IMG/VR virus record: IMGVR_UViG_3300005613_002794
Span: 1-56,524 of that record
DNA length: 56,524 nucleotides
Strand: one strand, 5' to 3'
DNA from: a virus
Lineage: Duplodnaviria > Caudoviricetes
Part shown: piece by piece, positions 19,010 to 27,823 of the stretch
Position numbering within the stretch: the first letter of the stretch is position 1
Layout of the letters: each line of letters opens with the position of its first letter
Translations under genes and position numbers: made by a program
Notes under the pieces: model-generated
Seen by the model: only the letters and a program-made list of their open reading frames with translations
Databases searched by the model: none
What the model was told of the DNA's origin: nothing

Positions 19010-19187
19010 GGTTCGATTCCAAGAATACCCACCAAAAATCATAGAGGGGTTTAACTCTGCATGTTAATTAAAGAGGGGACTCTCGATTCTCCGCCCCGAT
19101 GTACAAAATCCTGGTGAGTAACGAGAAACGCTCGCTGTTACAATAAAAAGGCAGAGCGGCCTTACCCAGGTACTTACAACATGGAAG

Positions 19188-19264
19188 GCACCCATAGCTC
19201 AACTGGATAGAGCGACGGACTTCTAATCCGTAGGTTTCAGGTTCGAGTCCTGATGGGTGTGCCA
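19188..19264 (+). tRNA. tRNA-Arg(UCU)
   Basis: Canonical cloverleaf, CT-TCT-AA loop, encoded CCA. Confidence 0.95.
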
Positions 19265-19282
19265 TCAAAAAGAGAGTATAGC

Positions 19283-20005
19283 TTGAAGAATCACTATCGA
19301 AGTATTTTTATCTCCGACACTCATCTGGGCAATAAAAATTGTCAAGCTGAAAAACTATTGAGCCTCTTGAAGAGTGTAGAGTGCGATAGACTTTACCTCG
19401 TTGGTGATATCATTGATGTGTGGTCAATGCAGGCTAGTAAACTTCATTGGACTCAGCCACAAAGCGAGATTATTCGCAGAGTGCTTAAGATGTCCAGGAA
19501 CACAGAGATTTACTATGTTGTTGGCAACCACGACGCAATCGTAAGACCTTTCTTGCCTATTGACATGGGCAACATCAAGATCGTAAATGAAGCAATACAC
19601 ACTACAGCGCGTGGTAGAAAGCTTCTTGTTACGCACGGAGACATCTTTGATCCTTTTGTGGTTCGTTACGAGTGGATCTCTAAGCTTGGAGCTAAGGTAT
19701 ACGATCTGCTGATCAATGCTAACAGTTCTATTAACTGGGTCAGAAGGATCTTTGGTCTAAAATACTGGTCTCTGTCTAAATACATCAAGTACAGGTCAAA
19801 ACGAATCACGAACGTCATTGACAACTTTGAAAACCTTTTGGTTGATTACGGCAAGCAAAATGGATACGATGGTGTTGTTGCGGGTCACATTCATACTCCA
19901 GACGTAAATAACGCCAAAGGATACTATAACTGTGGTGATTGGGTAGAAACCTGCTCTTGGCTATCAGAAGACGATTACGGAAATATAAAACTGAACTACT
20001 TCTGA
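19283..20005 (+). CDS. Metallophosphoesterase (LpxH/UDP-2,3-diacylglucosamine hydrolase-like)
   Basis: SDTHLG, VGDIID, GNHD, HGD, GHIH, NCGDW; TTG start chosen to avoid overlap with tRNA. Confidence 0.85.
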   Translation: MKNHYRSIFISDTHLGNKNCQAEKLLSLLKSVECDRLYLVGDIIDVWSMQASKLHWTQPQSEIIRRVLKMSRNTEIYYVVGNHDAIVRPFLPIDMGNIKIVNEAIHTTARGRKLLVTHGDIFDPFVVRYEWISKLGAKVYDLLINANSSINWVRRIFGLKYWSLSKYIKYRSKRITNVIDNFENLLVDYGKQNGYDGVVAGHIHTPDVNNAKGYYNCGDWVETCSWLSEDDYGNIKLNYF

Positions 20006-20466
20006 TGATAGATCAAATTAGGAAACTAGAAGACAACTGGGAGACAGTCCTAGAAGAATACAACTCGATCAAAAGCACCGAGAAGTATTTTGAGAGAGAT
20101 TTGTATGTTGGGGATTGGGATGTCTACCCCTTCTTGTTTTTTGGCAGGCCGTTCCCCGAAAACCAATCAGCCTGCTCCAAGACTTGGGATATGCTAAAAG
20201 CGATCCCTGGATTGACAACCGCGAGCTTTTCGATCCTAACTCCACACACTGAGATCTTTCCTCATACAGGATTTACCTCAGAGGTAATAAGATACCACTT
20301 AGGCTTGGAGATTCCAGACAACTGTGCTATAACAGTAGAGGGGAGAGAGTTTAAGTGGCAACAAGGAAAGATATTTAAATTCGATGACACAAAAGAACAC
20401 TCAGCCTACAACAGAAGCGAGCGAGACAGAGTTGTCCTGCTCTTCGATGTTAGAAAAGATCAATGA
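20005..20466 (+). CDS. Aspartyl/asparaginyl beta-hydroxylase family dioxygenase
   Basis: FSIL.P...I.PH.G, RYHLGL.IP, FDDT.EH.AYN, RVVL. Confidence 0.85.
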   Translation: MIDQIRKLEDNWETVLEEYNSIKSTEKYFERDLYVGDWDVYPFLFFGRPFPENQSACSKTWDMLKAIPGLTTASFSILTPHTEIFPHTGFTSEVIRYHLGLEIPDNCAITVEGREFKWQQGKIFKFDDTKEHSAYNRSERDRVVLLFDVRKDQ

Positions 20467-20632
20467 ATATGCTTCAAGCCAACTTCAGCGTTGGTGCGAA
20501 GTTTACGACTACGATCAACATACTGATTCGGGCAAATCCCTCAAAGCTCATGCAGATGCCTGTATTTCTGCATACACTGAACTACTATCCTTTTTAAGAG
20601 AGTTAGAGAAAGACCTTGAAGAAAGACTGTGA
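20447..20632 (+). CDS. Hypothetical protein
   Basis: Operon ORF. Confidence 0.45.
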   Translation: MLEKINEYASSQLQRWCEVYDYDQHTDSGKSLKAHADACISAYTELLSFLRELEKDLEERL

Positions 20633-20915
20633 CGGAACCTATGAAAGTATTGGATGGAATGTTGGAGAACTTGTCTCAGCTAAACAACGTGCTTATGGCG
20701 ATTCTTTCGGACGAAGTGGAGAATGCCTTCGTCAAATGTTTCCCAATGGCATCAAGCCAGAGCAATATGATGACCTTCTCACCATCGCTAGGATTCTAGA
20801 CAAACTATTTAGAATTGCCAACGACAAGAATGCCTTCGATGAAAACCCTTGGCAAGACATTTGTGGATACTCTTTGCTAGGAATGAAGCGCCATGCTGAA
20901 CACAACGATTCCTGA
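20616..20915 (+). CDS. Helical nucleotide-modification-associated-like phage protein
   Basis: KQRAYGDSF...RILDKLFRIA...W.DI.GY. Confidence 0.6.
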   Translation: MKKDCDGTYESIGWNVGELVSAKQRAYGDSFGRSGECLRQMFPNGIKPEQYDDLLTIARILDKLFRIANDKNAFDENPWQDICGYSLLGMKRHAEHNDS

Positions 20916-21477
20916 GTTTTACTGCCTAGCTAGAAAAGAGTTCTTTTACAATCAAGAGAAAGGGCATGGTGAGTTTGTGCCTGTCATGCTTTTCGGTGCA
21001 AGATCACGCGGAGGCAGAGTGCTAGAGTTTCATGCCATGACAGATTCGGGTATGCAATTCTTAGGATTGCCTCCACACGCGATCTGCCATAAGCCTTGCA
21101 AAAAACCTCTGATCCAAGACTCCCAACTCTGGGACTGTTTCGGTGATGAAGTTACTGTGGAGAAGTTTGATTATCTTGAGGGGATGCGGTGCAAGTACAG
21201 ACGAGAAAGTGATGGCAAATGGCTTTCGGGTAGGTACATGATGACCTTCGACTGGACGGGTAATGCATTCTCTGATGATCCTTCACAGCGTAAGAATGGT
21301 CATCTTATCGAGCTAGATTCTGGCAACTACACAATTCAACCAAACAACAGGACTTTATGGTTCGATCCTTCTTGGACCACGAACGAGCCTGATCTAGATT
21401 GGAAAGTAAACGAGCATGTGTGGTCATCAGAAAACCAACATGCTCGTCACAAGGAAAACAAGTTCTTCTACGATTAG
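20893..21477 (+). CDS. Conserved phage hypothetical protein
   Basis: QLWDCF, GRY.MTFDW, QPNNR pattern. Confidence 0.65.
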   Translation: MLNTTIPEFYCLARKEFFYNQEKGHGEFVPVMLFGARSRGGRVLEFHAMTDSGMQFLGLPPHAICHKPCKKPLIQDSQLWDCFGDEVTVEKFDYLEGMRCKYRRESDGKWLSGRYMMTFDWTGNAFSDDPSQRKNGHLIELDSGNYTIQPNNRTLWFDPSWTTNEPDLDWKVNEHVWSSENQHARHKENKFFYD

Positions 21478-21989
21478 ACCCCTCGATCGTAAAGATCTTG
21501 TCTTAGCGTATTGAATGGGGTGATGTTGCCGTAGTTTAGTTCAATCGTTACCTCACCTTCATGTGATGAATTCTTGGGGTGGTCTTCTAAACGAATGTTA
21601 ACGCTGTCCATAATTTCACCGTTATCACATTTAAACTCGACCACCCCAGGATTCGCGTTATCAGCAAAAACCACTTGACCGTAAATACCCGAAACATTAC
21701 CCGCTGCAATATCGTCTGTGGTAATTTCGTTAGCGATATGTGAGTGTGTTGTCATGCTAAATGCTGTATGCGAAGTAGGTCCGCTAGGCTCAACCCATAC
21801 CACAGCATGATCTTTTGGCTCGCTTTGGTAATCGTAGTAAATTGCTACTCTAGCATAGTTGCACTTGATTCTAGCTCCATTAGAATCCACGAAAGGGAAT
21901 CCAGAAGCATCACCATCCATGGTTATTGAAGATACAGCATAACCATAGGTTCTTTCGCCGTCAGTCAGATTTAAAGATAGACCAGCCAT
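21474..21989 (-). CDS. Putative virion protein, paralog of 44766..45194
   Basis: Shared D...CNY.RV...SG..G.V...YGNI...N..R motifs. Confidence 0.55.
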   Translation of the reverse strand: MAGLSLNLTDGERTYGYAVSSITMDGDASGFPFVDSNGARIKCNYARVAIYYDYQSEPKDHAVVWVEPSGPTSHTAFSMTTHSHIANEITTDDIAAGNVSGIYGQVVFADNANPGVVEFKCDNGEIMDSVNIRLEDHPKNSSHEGEVTIELNYGNITPFNTLRQDLYDRGV

Positions 21990-22475
21990 TTAGCAATTCC
22001 ACTTACGAAGTGCCTTGTTAATCCGTGAATCAGGATCATTCGCAGTCTTGGCACTCGTAAGTCTTTTCTTCATTCCACCCATGCGAGCACAGAAGGATTT
22101 TCTACGACTGGCTGCCTTCGATCCCTTCTTTAGTTTACTGGGTTTAGTCGTAACAGCAGTCTTTAATTTTGATCCTGGATTGGCTGCTCTGTATCTAGCA
22201 ACACCTTTTGCTGTAAGACCTCCTGCTTCGGATTTATCACCACTCTTTACAGAGAAGTTCTTTGGCATGGTGCCCTTCTTTCCTTCTGCAATAGCGAATG
22301 CCATGGTAGCATAAGTGTTGATGATGGACTCGTTCTTATTTTTGCTTTTGTTACCCCAGTTAGCAGCACCAACCTTTCTACACTTTACGAGCGCACCAGA
22401 AGCATAAGCTGAGGGCCAAACACTGTAGCGGGACTTGACCTTGTTGTAGCAAGCGTCTTTCTTTTCATTAATCAT
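21990..22475 (-). CDS. Basic putative internal head protein
   Basis: KKDACY.KVK.RY..WPSAYASG module plus GGLT.KG...RRKSFCARM...W.C module seen in T4-like phages. Confidence 0.65.
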   Translation of the reverse strand: MINEKKDACYNKVKSRYSVWPSAYASGALVKCRKVGAANWGNKSKNKNESIINTYATMAFAIAEGKKGTMPKNFSVKSGDKSEAGGLTAKGVARYRAANPGSKLKTAVTTKPSKLKKGSKAASRRKSFCARMGGMKKRLTSAKTANDPDSRINKALRKWNC

Positions 22476-22903
22476 TTTGATTTTCTTTTTGGTTTATCAG
22501 TAGAAACATATGTGGGCTTTGCTGCGCCTGTTTTTTGTGGTTGGCCTGGATCAGCCTTACGCTTTCTTCTTTGTGCGGACTCGCGTTCGGACTTAGACAT
22601 GGACGCTCTCTTTGCAGAGGACACACACTTTGGAGTAGTCTTTTGTCCAGGCTGACGAGCGCAAGGTTTACCCGACACTACTTGTACCCAACCAGGCTTG
22701 CCACCCTTTGAACGAGAATTCTTAAACCAGGCATGGAGTCCTTCTTCACGAAGTTTCTCCATACTCTCTCTGAGCTTGGCTTTCTTTTTTACGCAGTTGG
22801 GATAACGCTTACCAAACATGGTCTTCATGCCCTTCTTTTCGTACCCAGCCCAGCACTTCTCGGCTAACATATTTTTAAGTTTTTCTCGCTTATCCATTGA
22901 CAT
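22472..22903 (-). CDS. Basic putative internal head protein
   Basis: KCWAGY..KG.K...PNCV module; L.E motifs precede each module. Confidence 0.6.
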   Translation of the reverse strand: MSMDKREKLKNMLAEKCWAGYEKKGMKTMFGKRYPNCVKKKAKLRESMEKLREEGLHAWFKNSRSKGGKPGWVQVVSGKPCARQPGQKTTPKCVSSAKRASMSKSERESAQRRKRKADPGQPQKTGAAKPTYVSTDKPKRKSK

Positions 22904-22980
22904 TTAGCACTCCGTCTGGTATTATATACCCTATTCAGTAAGTAATTTAGAGTAATAACTAACTAATTCTCGCAGCTCAC

Positions 22981-23484
22981 ATGAACATTTTCTACCTTGA
23001 CTCCGACCCGAAACTTGCCGCCAAGTACCATTGTGATAAACACCAAAAAATGATCTTGGAATCTGCCCAACTTTTGTCTACAGCGCATCGTGAGACTGGT
23101 TCACCTTGGGCTGATCAAGTTTATAAGTCTACTCACAAACAACACCCTTCGAGTCTTTGGACGCGAGCCAGCCAGGATCACTATAGTTGGCTTTTTGAAC
23201 TATTCAGAGAGCTTACCAACGAGTTCCACAACCGTCGAGGCAAGACACACGCATCATGGACCAAGCTAGGTCATATCCTCTGCCACAACCCCCCTGGGTT
23301 GCCTTGTGCTGGCTTCGAGCCCCCTCCCCTATGTATGCCCGACCAGTACAAGCAGGAAGACGCTGTGGAGGCTTACAGGGCCTATTACAGAGGCGACAAG
23401 GCCAGCTTCGCCAAATGGGACTGGCCGACTGCTCAGACCCCTAGCTGGTGGGATTTTCCCAAGTTTTCTCAAGTCGGGGCTTGA
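22981..23484 (+). CDS. Pyrimidine-dimer DNA glycosylase-like protein
   Basis: MNIFYLD, CDKH.KMILE.AQLL, H..HP, AYR.YY. Confidence 0.8.
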   Translation: MNIFYLDSDPKLAAKYHCDKHQKMILESAQLLSTAHRETGSPWADQVYKSTHKQHPSSLWTRASQDHYSWLFELFRELTNEFHNRRGKTHASWTKLGHILCHNPPGLPCAGFEPPPLCMPDQYKQEDAVEAYRAYYRGDKASFAKWDWPTAQTPSWWDFPKFSQVGA

Positions 23485-23515
23485 CATCTGCCGATAATAC
23501 AGTATAATACTCCCT
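23454..23515 (+). promoter_or_regulatory. sigma70-type promoter module, repeated at about 25689-25750
   Basis: TTTTCCCAAGTTTTCTCAAGT...GGCTTGACATCTGCCGATAATA...TATAAT in both copies, each followed by ATG 6-7 nt later. Confidence 0.85.
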
Positions 23516-23788
23516 ATGAGCTACAAACAAAGCAAAGATCTTCAGAGTATTTGTCGATACGTTGAGTACGTTCGTGATACGCTTAATCGTAAATCTAACT
23601 CCCTAAACTCTTCGTGGTGTAAACTTCAGCCAATGGCTACTGAAGAACGCTGGGGTTATGATTCTGTCAAAGAGACTGATCTGGATCCTGTTTTCCAGGA
23701 GCTTTTTGATTCCATGGATGAACTCGCTAATGTGTTTACTGTTCTTGAATCTAAGATTACTGATTATATTAATCATCAATATCGCTGA
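23516..23788 (+). CDS. Hypothetical protein (leaderless)
   Basis: ATG 7 nt after TATAAT. Confidence 0.65.
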   Translation: MSYKQSKDLQSICRYVEYVRDTLNRKSNSLNSSWCKLQPMATEERWGYDSVKETDLDPVFQELFDSMDELANVFTVLESKITDYINHQYR

Positions 23789-23799
23789 TAAATTATCAA

Positions 23800-24213
23800 A
23801 TGAAGAAAGCCTTACTGACGACACTATTCCTTCTTAGTTCTTGTATTGAGAGTAGGCGTGTAATTGACATAGAACAAGAACATGCTCGAATTCAACAAGA
23901 GATTGAACTTTACCGAGTAAATCAAGCAGAACAAAGAGAGCAGGCTTTCTTCGATACTCTTCGAGAGTTTTCTGGGGAAGAGTTTAATGAGCCTAACGTT
24001 AAGTTATTCTTTTGGGAAAATTATGGTTCTTATTCTAAATTTGAGCCTGATCGGGGAATGACTACTTATAGTTTCTTGAATAGGTTGGATTCAGATACTC
24101 CCCCTAAAGCTGTTCGTGAGTATGTCCATTTTTGGCTTTTGATCCAAAATCCTAAACTACGCAATACTACCGCTGAAATTATTTGGAGAAACTACCGAGC
24201 TAAGGTCCTATGA
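23800..24213 (+). CDS. Putative lipoprotein
   Basis: MKK, hydrophobic stretch, LSSC lipobox-like motif. Confidence 0.55.
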   Translation: MKKALLTTLFLLSSCIESRRVIDIEQEHARIQQEIELYRVNQAEQREQAFFDTLREFSGEEFNEPNVKLFFWENYGSYSKFEPDRGMTTYSFLNRLDSDTPPKAVREYVHFWLLIQNPKLRNTTAEIIWRNYRAKVL

Positions 24214-24566
24214 GTAAGTATATTGTATTTGATAAGTATTTAGTTTCTGATTGTGAGTATGAAGCTGATTACGAAGTAGCAAAATCAGTAATTGAGGTTT
24301 TAGAGGACGAAGTTTGCGAGCTATCTAAACAAGAGATTGTTTCCCTTTCTAGAGCTGGGTATGTAGTTGTTCGGCTGGTCCCTAAAACTTCGGTTAAAAT
24401 CTTATTGGATAATATCAGGGAGGGTGAGAAGAAAAAGAAAGCCGCCGCAGAAAAAGCTAAGAAGGCTAGGGAAGAAAAGAAGCGCCTACGTTTGGCTCAA
24501 GAGAAAAAACTCAAGGAAGAACAAGAGCGAAAACTTTTGAAGGAATTACAAGACAAGTACAGTTAA
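24210..24566 (+). CDS. Hypothetical protein with charged coiled-coil tail
   Basis: ATGA overlap with previous ORF. Confidence 0.6.
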   Translation: MSKYIVFDKYLVSDCEYEADYEVAKSVIEVLEDEVCELSKQEIVSLSRAGYVVVRLVPKTSVKILLDNIREGEKKKKAAAEKAKKAREEKKRLRLAQEKKLKEEQERKLLKELQDKYS

Positions 24567-24606
24567 ATAAGCACCTCCTGTATCACACTCCAACTAGAAT
24601 AACACT

Positions 24607-24726
24607 ATGAGACACTCTCCTTGGGCTAAAGGTAATTCCTACAACTGTGGTGATTGGGTAGAAAGCTTTTCTTATTTGGCAGAAGACAGTGAAGGAGAAA
24701 TCACGCTTCACTATTATAAGCAGTAA
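24607..24726 (+). pseudogene. C-terminal remnant of a metallophosphoesterase paralog
   Basis: YNCGDWVESFSYLAEDSEGEITLHYY vs YNCGDWVETCSWLSEDDYGNIKLNYF in 19283..20005. Confidence 0.7.
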
Positions 24727-24738
24727 AAGGAAACACTT

Positions 24739-25302
24739 ATGTCTTGGTTCTCATTAACTTCTATTGTAGACGCATTATCCGTCTTATCCCCGATTAGATT
24801 TGCTACTGTTCACGATAATGAGCATGGAATCCTTTTCCGCTTCGGAAAAGTAAAGAAGGTTATTAACTCCAGTAATGGATTATTTGGAACAGGGGTCCAT
24901 GCCTATTTCGGCTGGTGGTTAGGGAGTGTCGATACTCTTCCTTGCTCAGAGCAAACTATGGAGACTGAATATCAATCAGTAGAAACTATTGATGGTAAGT
25001 CTCTAACTGTAACTTGCTCTATCAATTACAAAGTAGTGGACCCACAAGCTGCTCTAATTAACGTGAACGATTACGTAGGCAGCATGATGGATGTTATTTG
25101 TGGAGTTATTGCTAGTGATATCGGAGTTAAAAGATTCACTGAGCTTAATACTAAACGAGGAGCTATCCTTTCTGAGATTACAGCAAGTCTAGAAGCTTGT
25201 ATGGATCGTTGGGGTATTGAAGTACTGAGTGTAGAATATAATAACTTCACTACTGCTCCTGCTTATCGCCTAATGGCTGACCCTTTTGGAATTAGCAACT
25301 AA
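24739..25302 (+). CDS. SPFH/band 7 domain protein
   Basis: E.GILFRFGK, Q.V.T.DG, YKVVDP, WGIEV..V. Confidence 0.8.
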   Translation: MSWFSLTSIVDALSVLSPIRFATVHDNEHGILFRFGKVKKVINSSNGLFGTGVHAYFGWWLGSVDTLPCSEQTMETEYQSVETIDGKSLTVTCSINYKVVDPQAALINVNDYVGSMMDVICGVIASDIGVKRFTELNTKRGAILSEITASLEACMDRWGIEVLSVEYNNFTTAPAYRLMADPFGISN

Positions 25303-25307
25303 ACATT

Positions 25308-25565
25308 ATGAATAAATATCAAGAACTTGGAAATCAGGTAGGGGAACTTGTAGGCCACAAACAAGAGGCTTATGGTGATGCTTTTAATAAGGCTGGAAGA
25401 TGCTTAGAGCAGCTATTCCCTGATGGTATAAAAAAAGAACAATACACAGATTTACTATGTATTGTTCGGATTTTAGATAAGCTCTTTAGGGTTGCTAATG
25501 GTGAGCCTGGAGGATTGCAAGATTGCCATGTGGATCAGGCAATTAAATCCTTAAACAATGTGTGA
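25308..25565 (+). CDS. Paralog of 20616..20915 with divergent C-terminus
   Basis: VGELV..KQ.AYGD.F...G.CL.Q.FP.GIK.EQY.DLL.I.RILDKLFR.AN shared. Confidence 0.6.
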   Translation: MNKYQELGNQVGELVGHKQEAYGDAFNKAGRCLEQLFPDGIKKEQYTDLLCIVRILDKLFRVANGEPGGLQDCHVDQAIKSLNNV

Positions 25566-25645
25566 TTGACCGAGCGGTCTAAGGTCCTAGATTGCAAATC
25601 TAAGGGGAGAAATCCACGCAGGTTCGAATCCTGCATCACACTCCA
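25560..25645 (+). tRNA. tRNA-Cys(GCA) with long variable arm
   Basis: Acceptor GTGTGAT/ATCACAC, discriminator U, CCA, loop TT-GCA-AA, extra GGA-GAAA-TCC arm. Confidence 0.85.
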
Positions 25646-25750
25646 ACTATAATTATATTATGACACAACAAGAAAATAAAGATCACCATTTTTCCCAAGT
25701 TTTCTCAAGTTGAGGCTTGACATCTGCCGATAATATGGTATAATATCCCC

Positions 25751-25960
25751 ATGAAAGCACGACAAATCGTACAACAGTTGGACCACTTCAACGATGTCAC
25801 TCTGGAGATCCTGGAGCTTATTGACATCTGGCGTACTGCCAAGCACCCTGAGCTAATTGAGGCCGTCAAGGAGGCTCACGAAAAGCTCGACAGAATGCGG
25901 CAAGAGAGCTGTGACCTGGCTGACACAATCGACTACCAAATTAGTGAAACCTTGATGTAG
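25751..25960 (+). CDS. Hypothetical protein (leaderless)
   Basis: ATG 6 nt after TATAAT. Confidence 0.65.
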   Translation: MKARQIVQQLDHFNDVTLEILELIDIWRTAKHPELIEAVKEAHEKLDRMRQESCDLADTIDYQISETLM

Positions 25961-25976
25961 ACGGAGAAACTCTGAT

Positions 25977-26381
25977 ATGGGACTTGATATGAATGTTTAC
26001 CACACGAACGGTGTGGAGCTTACTGAAGAGAACTTCGAAGAGCATTGCATGGGTCAGTGGGACGACTTTTACTGGCGCAAGGCTAACGCTATTCACGGTT
26101 GGTTTGTTGATACTGTCCAAGGTGGCAAAGATGAATGTCAAATCACTGAGATCAACTGGCCTGACCTTTTGAACCTGAAGAGTCTGTGTCTTGCTGCTCT
26201 GAAATATCCTTCTGACGCAGCTAGTGTTCTTCCTATTCGTCGAGGTTTCTTCTTCGGGCCCTACGACTACGGCGAGTATTACATGGAAGCCCTCAGGGCT
26301 ACGATTGGGTACATTGAAAAGATGCAGGAGATGAAGAAGGAGAATCCCCAGACCCGATTCTTCTACAACGCAAGTTGGTGA
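25977..26381 (+). CDS. Conserved phage hypothetical protein
   Basis: MGLD, YWRKANAIHGWF, GFFFG, Y.ASW pattern. Confidence 0.75.
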   Translation: MGLDMNVYHTNGVELTEENFEEHCMGQWDDFYWRKANAIHGWFVDTVQGGKDECQITEINWPDLLNLKSLCLAALKYPSDAASVLPIRRGFFFGPYDYGEYYMEALRATIGYIEKMQEMKKENPQTRFFYNASW

Positions 26382-26388
26382 TAGAACT

Positions 26389-26571
26389 ATGAAAATATTG
26401 AACGACATGAAGGGCAACATTGACGGTAAAGTAATTCTTTCCCGACTGGATTGCCGTAGACTACACTCTGCTATTTTCTACTTTCTTAAAGAAGAGCCTT
26501 CGGATGAAGAAGCAGAGGGACTTCGTAAACTACAGGCTCAACTAAAAGCAATGATTCAGGAATTAGGTTGA
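26389..26571 (+). CDS. Hypothetical protein
   Basis: Operon ORF. Confidence 0.5.
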   Translation: MKILNDMKGNIDGKVILSRLDCRRLHSAIFYFLKEEPSDEEAEGLRKLQAQLKAMIQELG

Positions 26572-26640
26572 CCCAGGGACCTGATCCTGGTATAATACAC
26601 GCATGAATGACAAGCAGACAACCGATTTTGATCATGGTGT

Positions 26641-27216
26641 TCAGGTAGGGCGTTTACACCCTTTTGATAAATTATCGTAGGCCCACAGAGGTTGTAGATT
26701 CTGATAGTGAAACAAGGGAATCAATTCCTCTAGGGATTTAGCCGATGATAAAGGGACAATATGATCTACATGCCATTCACCATAATTGTCCCAACCCATG
26801 CCGTCTACAAATTGGTTTTCCAGATGTGCTTTGAGATCACTCCAAGTACATCCAAGGTAAGCCCCTGTGTGGTGCTCTTTTCCTTCTTGAATAAGCTCCC
26901 TGATCCTAGCCCGACAACTGTTCTTCACCCTGTTCAAGGGTTTCCTTCGGTATTCCTTTTGGTATTCCTGTTGTCTTTTGGATGTTTTTCGTTGGGCTAG
27001 GATCTTTTCTTTATTTTCATAATAATATTTCCGAGATTTTGCTTGCCTTTCCTCTCTGTTTGCGGTATAATTGGCGCGTGAGGTTGAGGCAGTCTTCTCT
27101 GGGTTCTCGACCCGATATTTCTTCACTACAGCCCTCTTACAGGCTTTACAGGATGGGTAGCCAGAGTAGAACTCGGACTCGTCTTTCTCCACACCACACT
27201 TAGTACACTTCTTCAT
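26641..27216 (-). CDS. Free-standing HNH-type endonuclease
   Basis: KKCTKC...CKAC; LGC...L..HLE.QF..GM.W.NYG.WHVDHIVP...HY.NLQPLW...N..K. Confidence 0.85.
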   Translation of the reverse strand: MKKCTKCGVEKDESEFYSGYPSCKACKRAVVKKYRVENPEKTASTSRANYTANREERQAKSRKYYYENKEKILAQRKTSKRQQEYQKEYRRKPLNRVKNSCRARIRELIQEGKEHHTGAYLGCTWSDLKAHLENQFVDGMGWDNYGEWHVDHIVPLSSAKSLEELIPLFHYQNLQPLWAYDNLSKGCKRPT

Positions 27217-27226
27217 ACAAGTATAT

Positions 27227-27823
27227 ATGCTGGAACGTAAAGAAAACTGGAACGAAAAAGCTGATTTTTATGACCATATGGAGAGCAAGTATGGTAAGCT
27301 CATGCATAAGATCAGTCATTGGATTTCTGGTGATATCGCTATCACTTCTCACGATGATAATGTTCAAGAGCTTTGGCTGGTAGCGTACACCACTATGGAA
27401 ACATTTAGCCGCTTGAACCTAGAGCAGTACCCAAATGGGTTTGAGGACTACAAGGACACCAAACATTGGGACAAGTACATCAAAACCGCGCTTTGGAATA
27501 ACAAGAATTCTCGCGGAGCAAAGATCACCAAGAAGTTTAACATCACCCGTAACACCGTTGACATTGTAGACAACGAGGAAGTGCTACAGAAAGAGGATCC
27601 TTCTGTGGCTTGCTCTGACACTGATATCTTCCTTGAGGAGATTCAGCCCATGCTCACTGACGATCAGCGAGTGCTTGTGCGTTCGATCCTAGAGGACCCT
27701 ACATATATCAAGCCTTCGGGCAAGGTAAACATCAACGCTCTAGCCAAGAACACAGGCAAGACCTGGAATGATGTGAGCATCCTTCTCAAAGACCTTGGGC
27801 GACGAATCGGTAACGAACTATGA
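27227..27823 (+). CDS. Sigma factor-like / HTH transcription protein
   Basis: Region-2-like KYGKLM...DD.VQE.W...YIKTAL.N and C-terminal HTH-like INALAK.TG.TW..V. Confidence 0.5.
   Translation: MLERKENWNEKADFYDHMESKYGKLMHKISHWISGDIAITSHDDNVQELWLVAYTTMETFSRLNLEQYPNGFEDYKDTKHWDKYIKTALWNNKNSRGAKITKKFNITRNTVDIVDNEEVLQKEDPSVACSDTDIFLEEIQPMLTDDQRVLVRSILEDPTYIKPSGKVNINALAKNTGKTWNDVSILLKDLGRRIGNEL

Noticed and set aside
26600-27230. Group I intron around the HNH gene
   Set aside because: The insert is almost entirely ORF and no P/Q/R/S core elements were visible.
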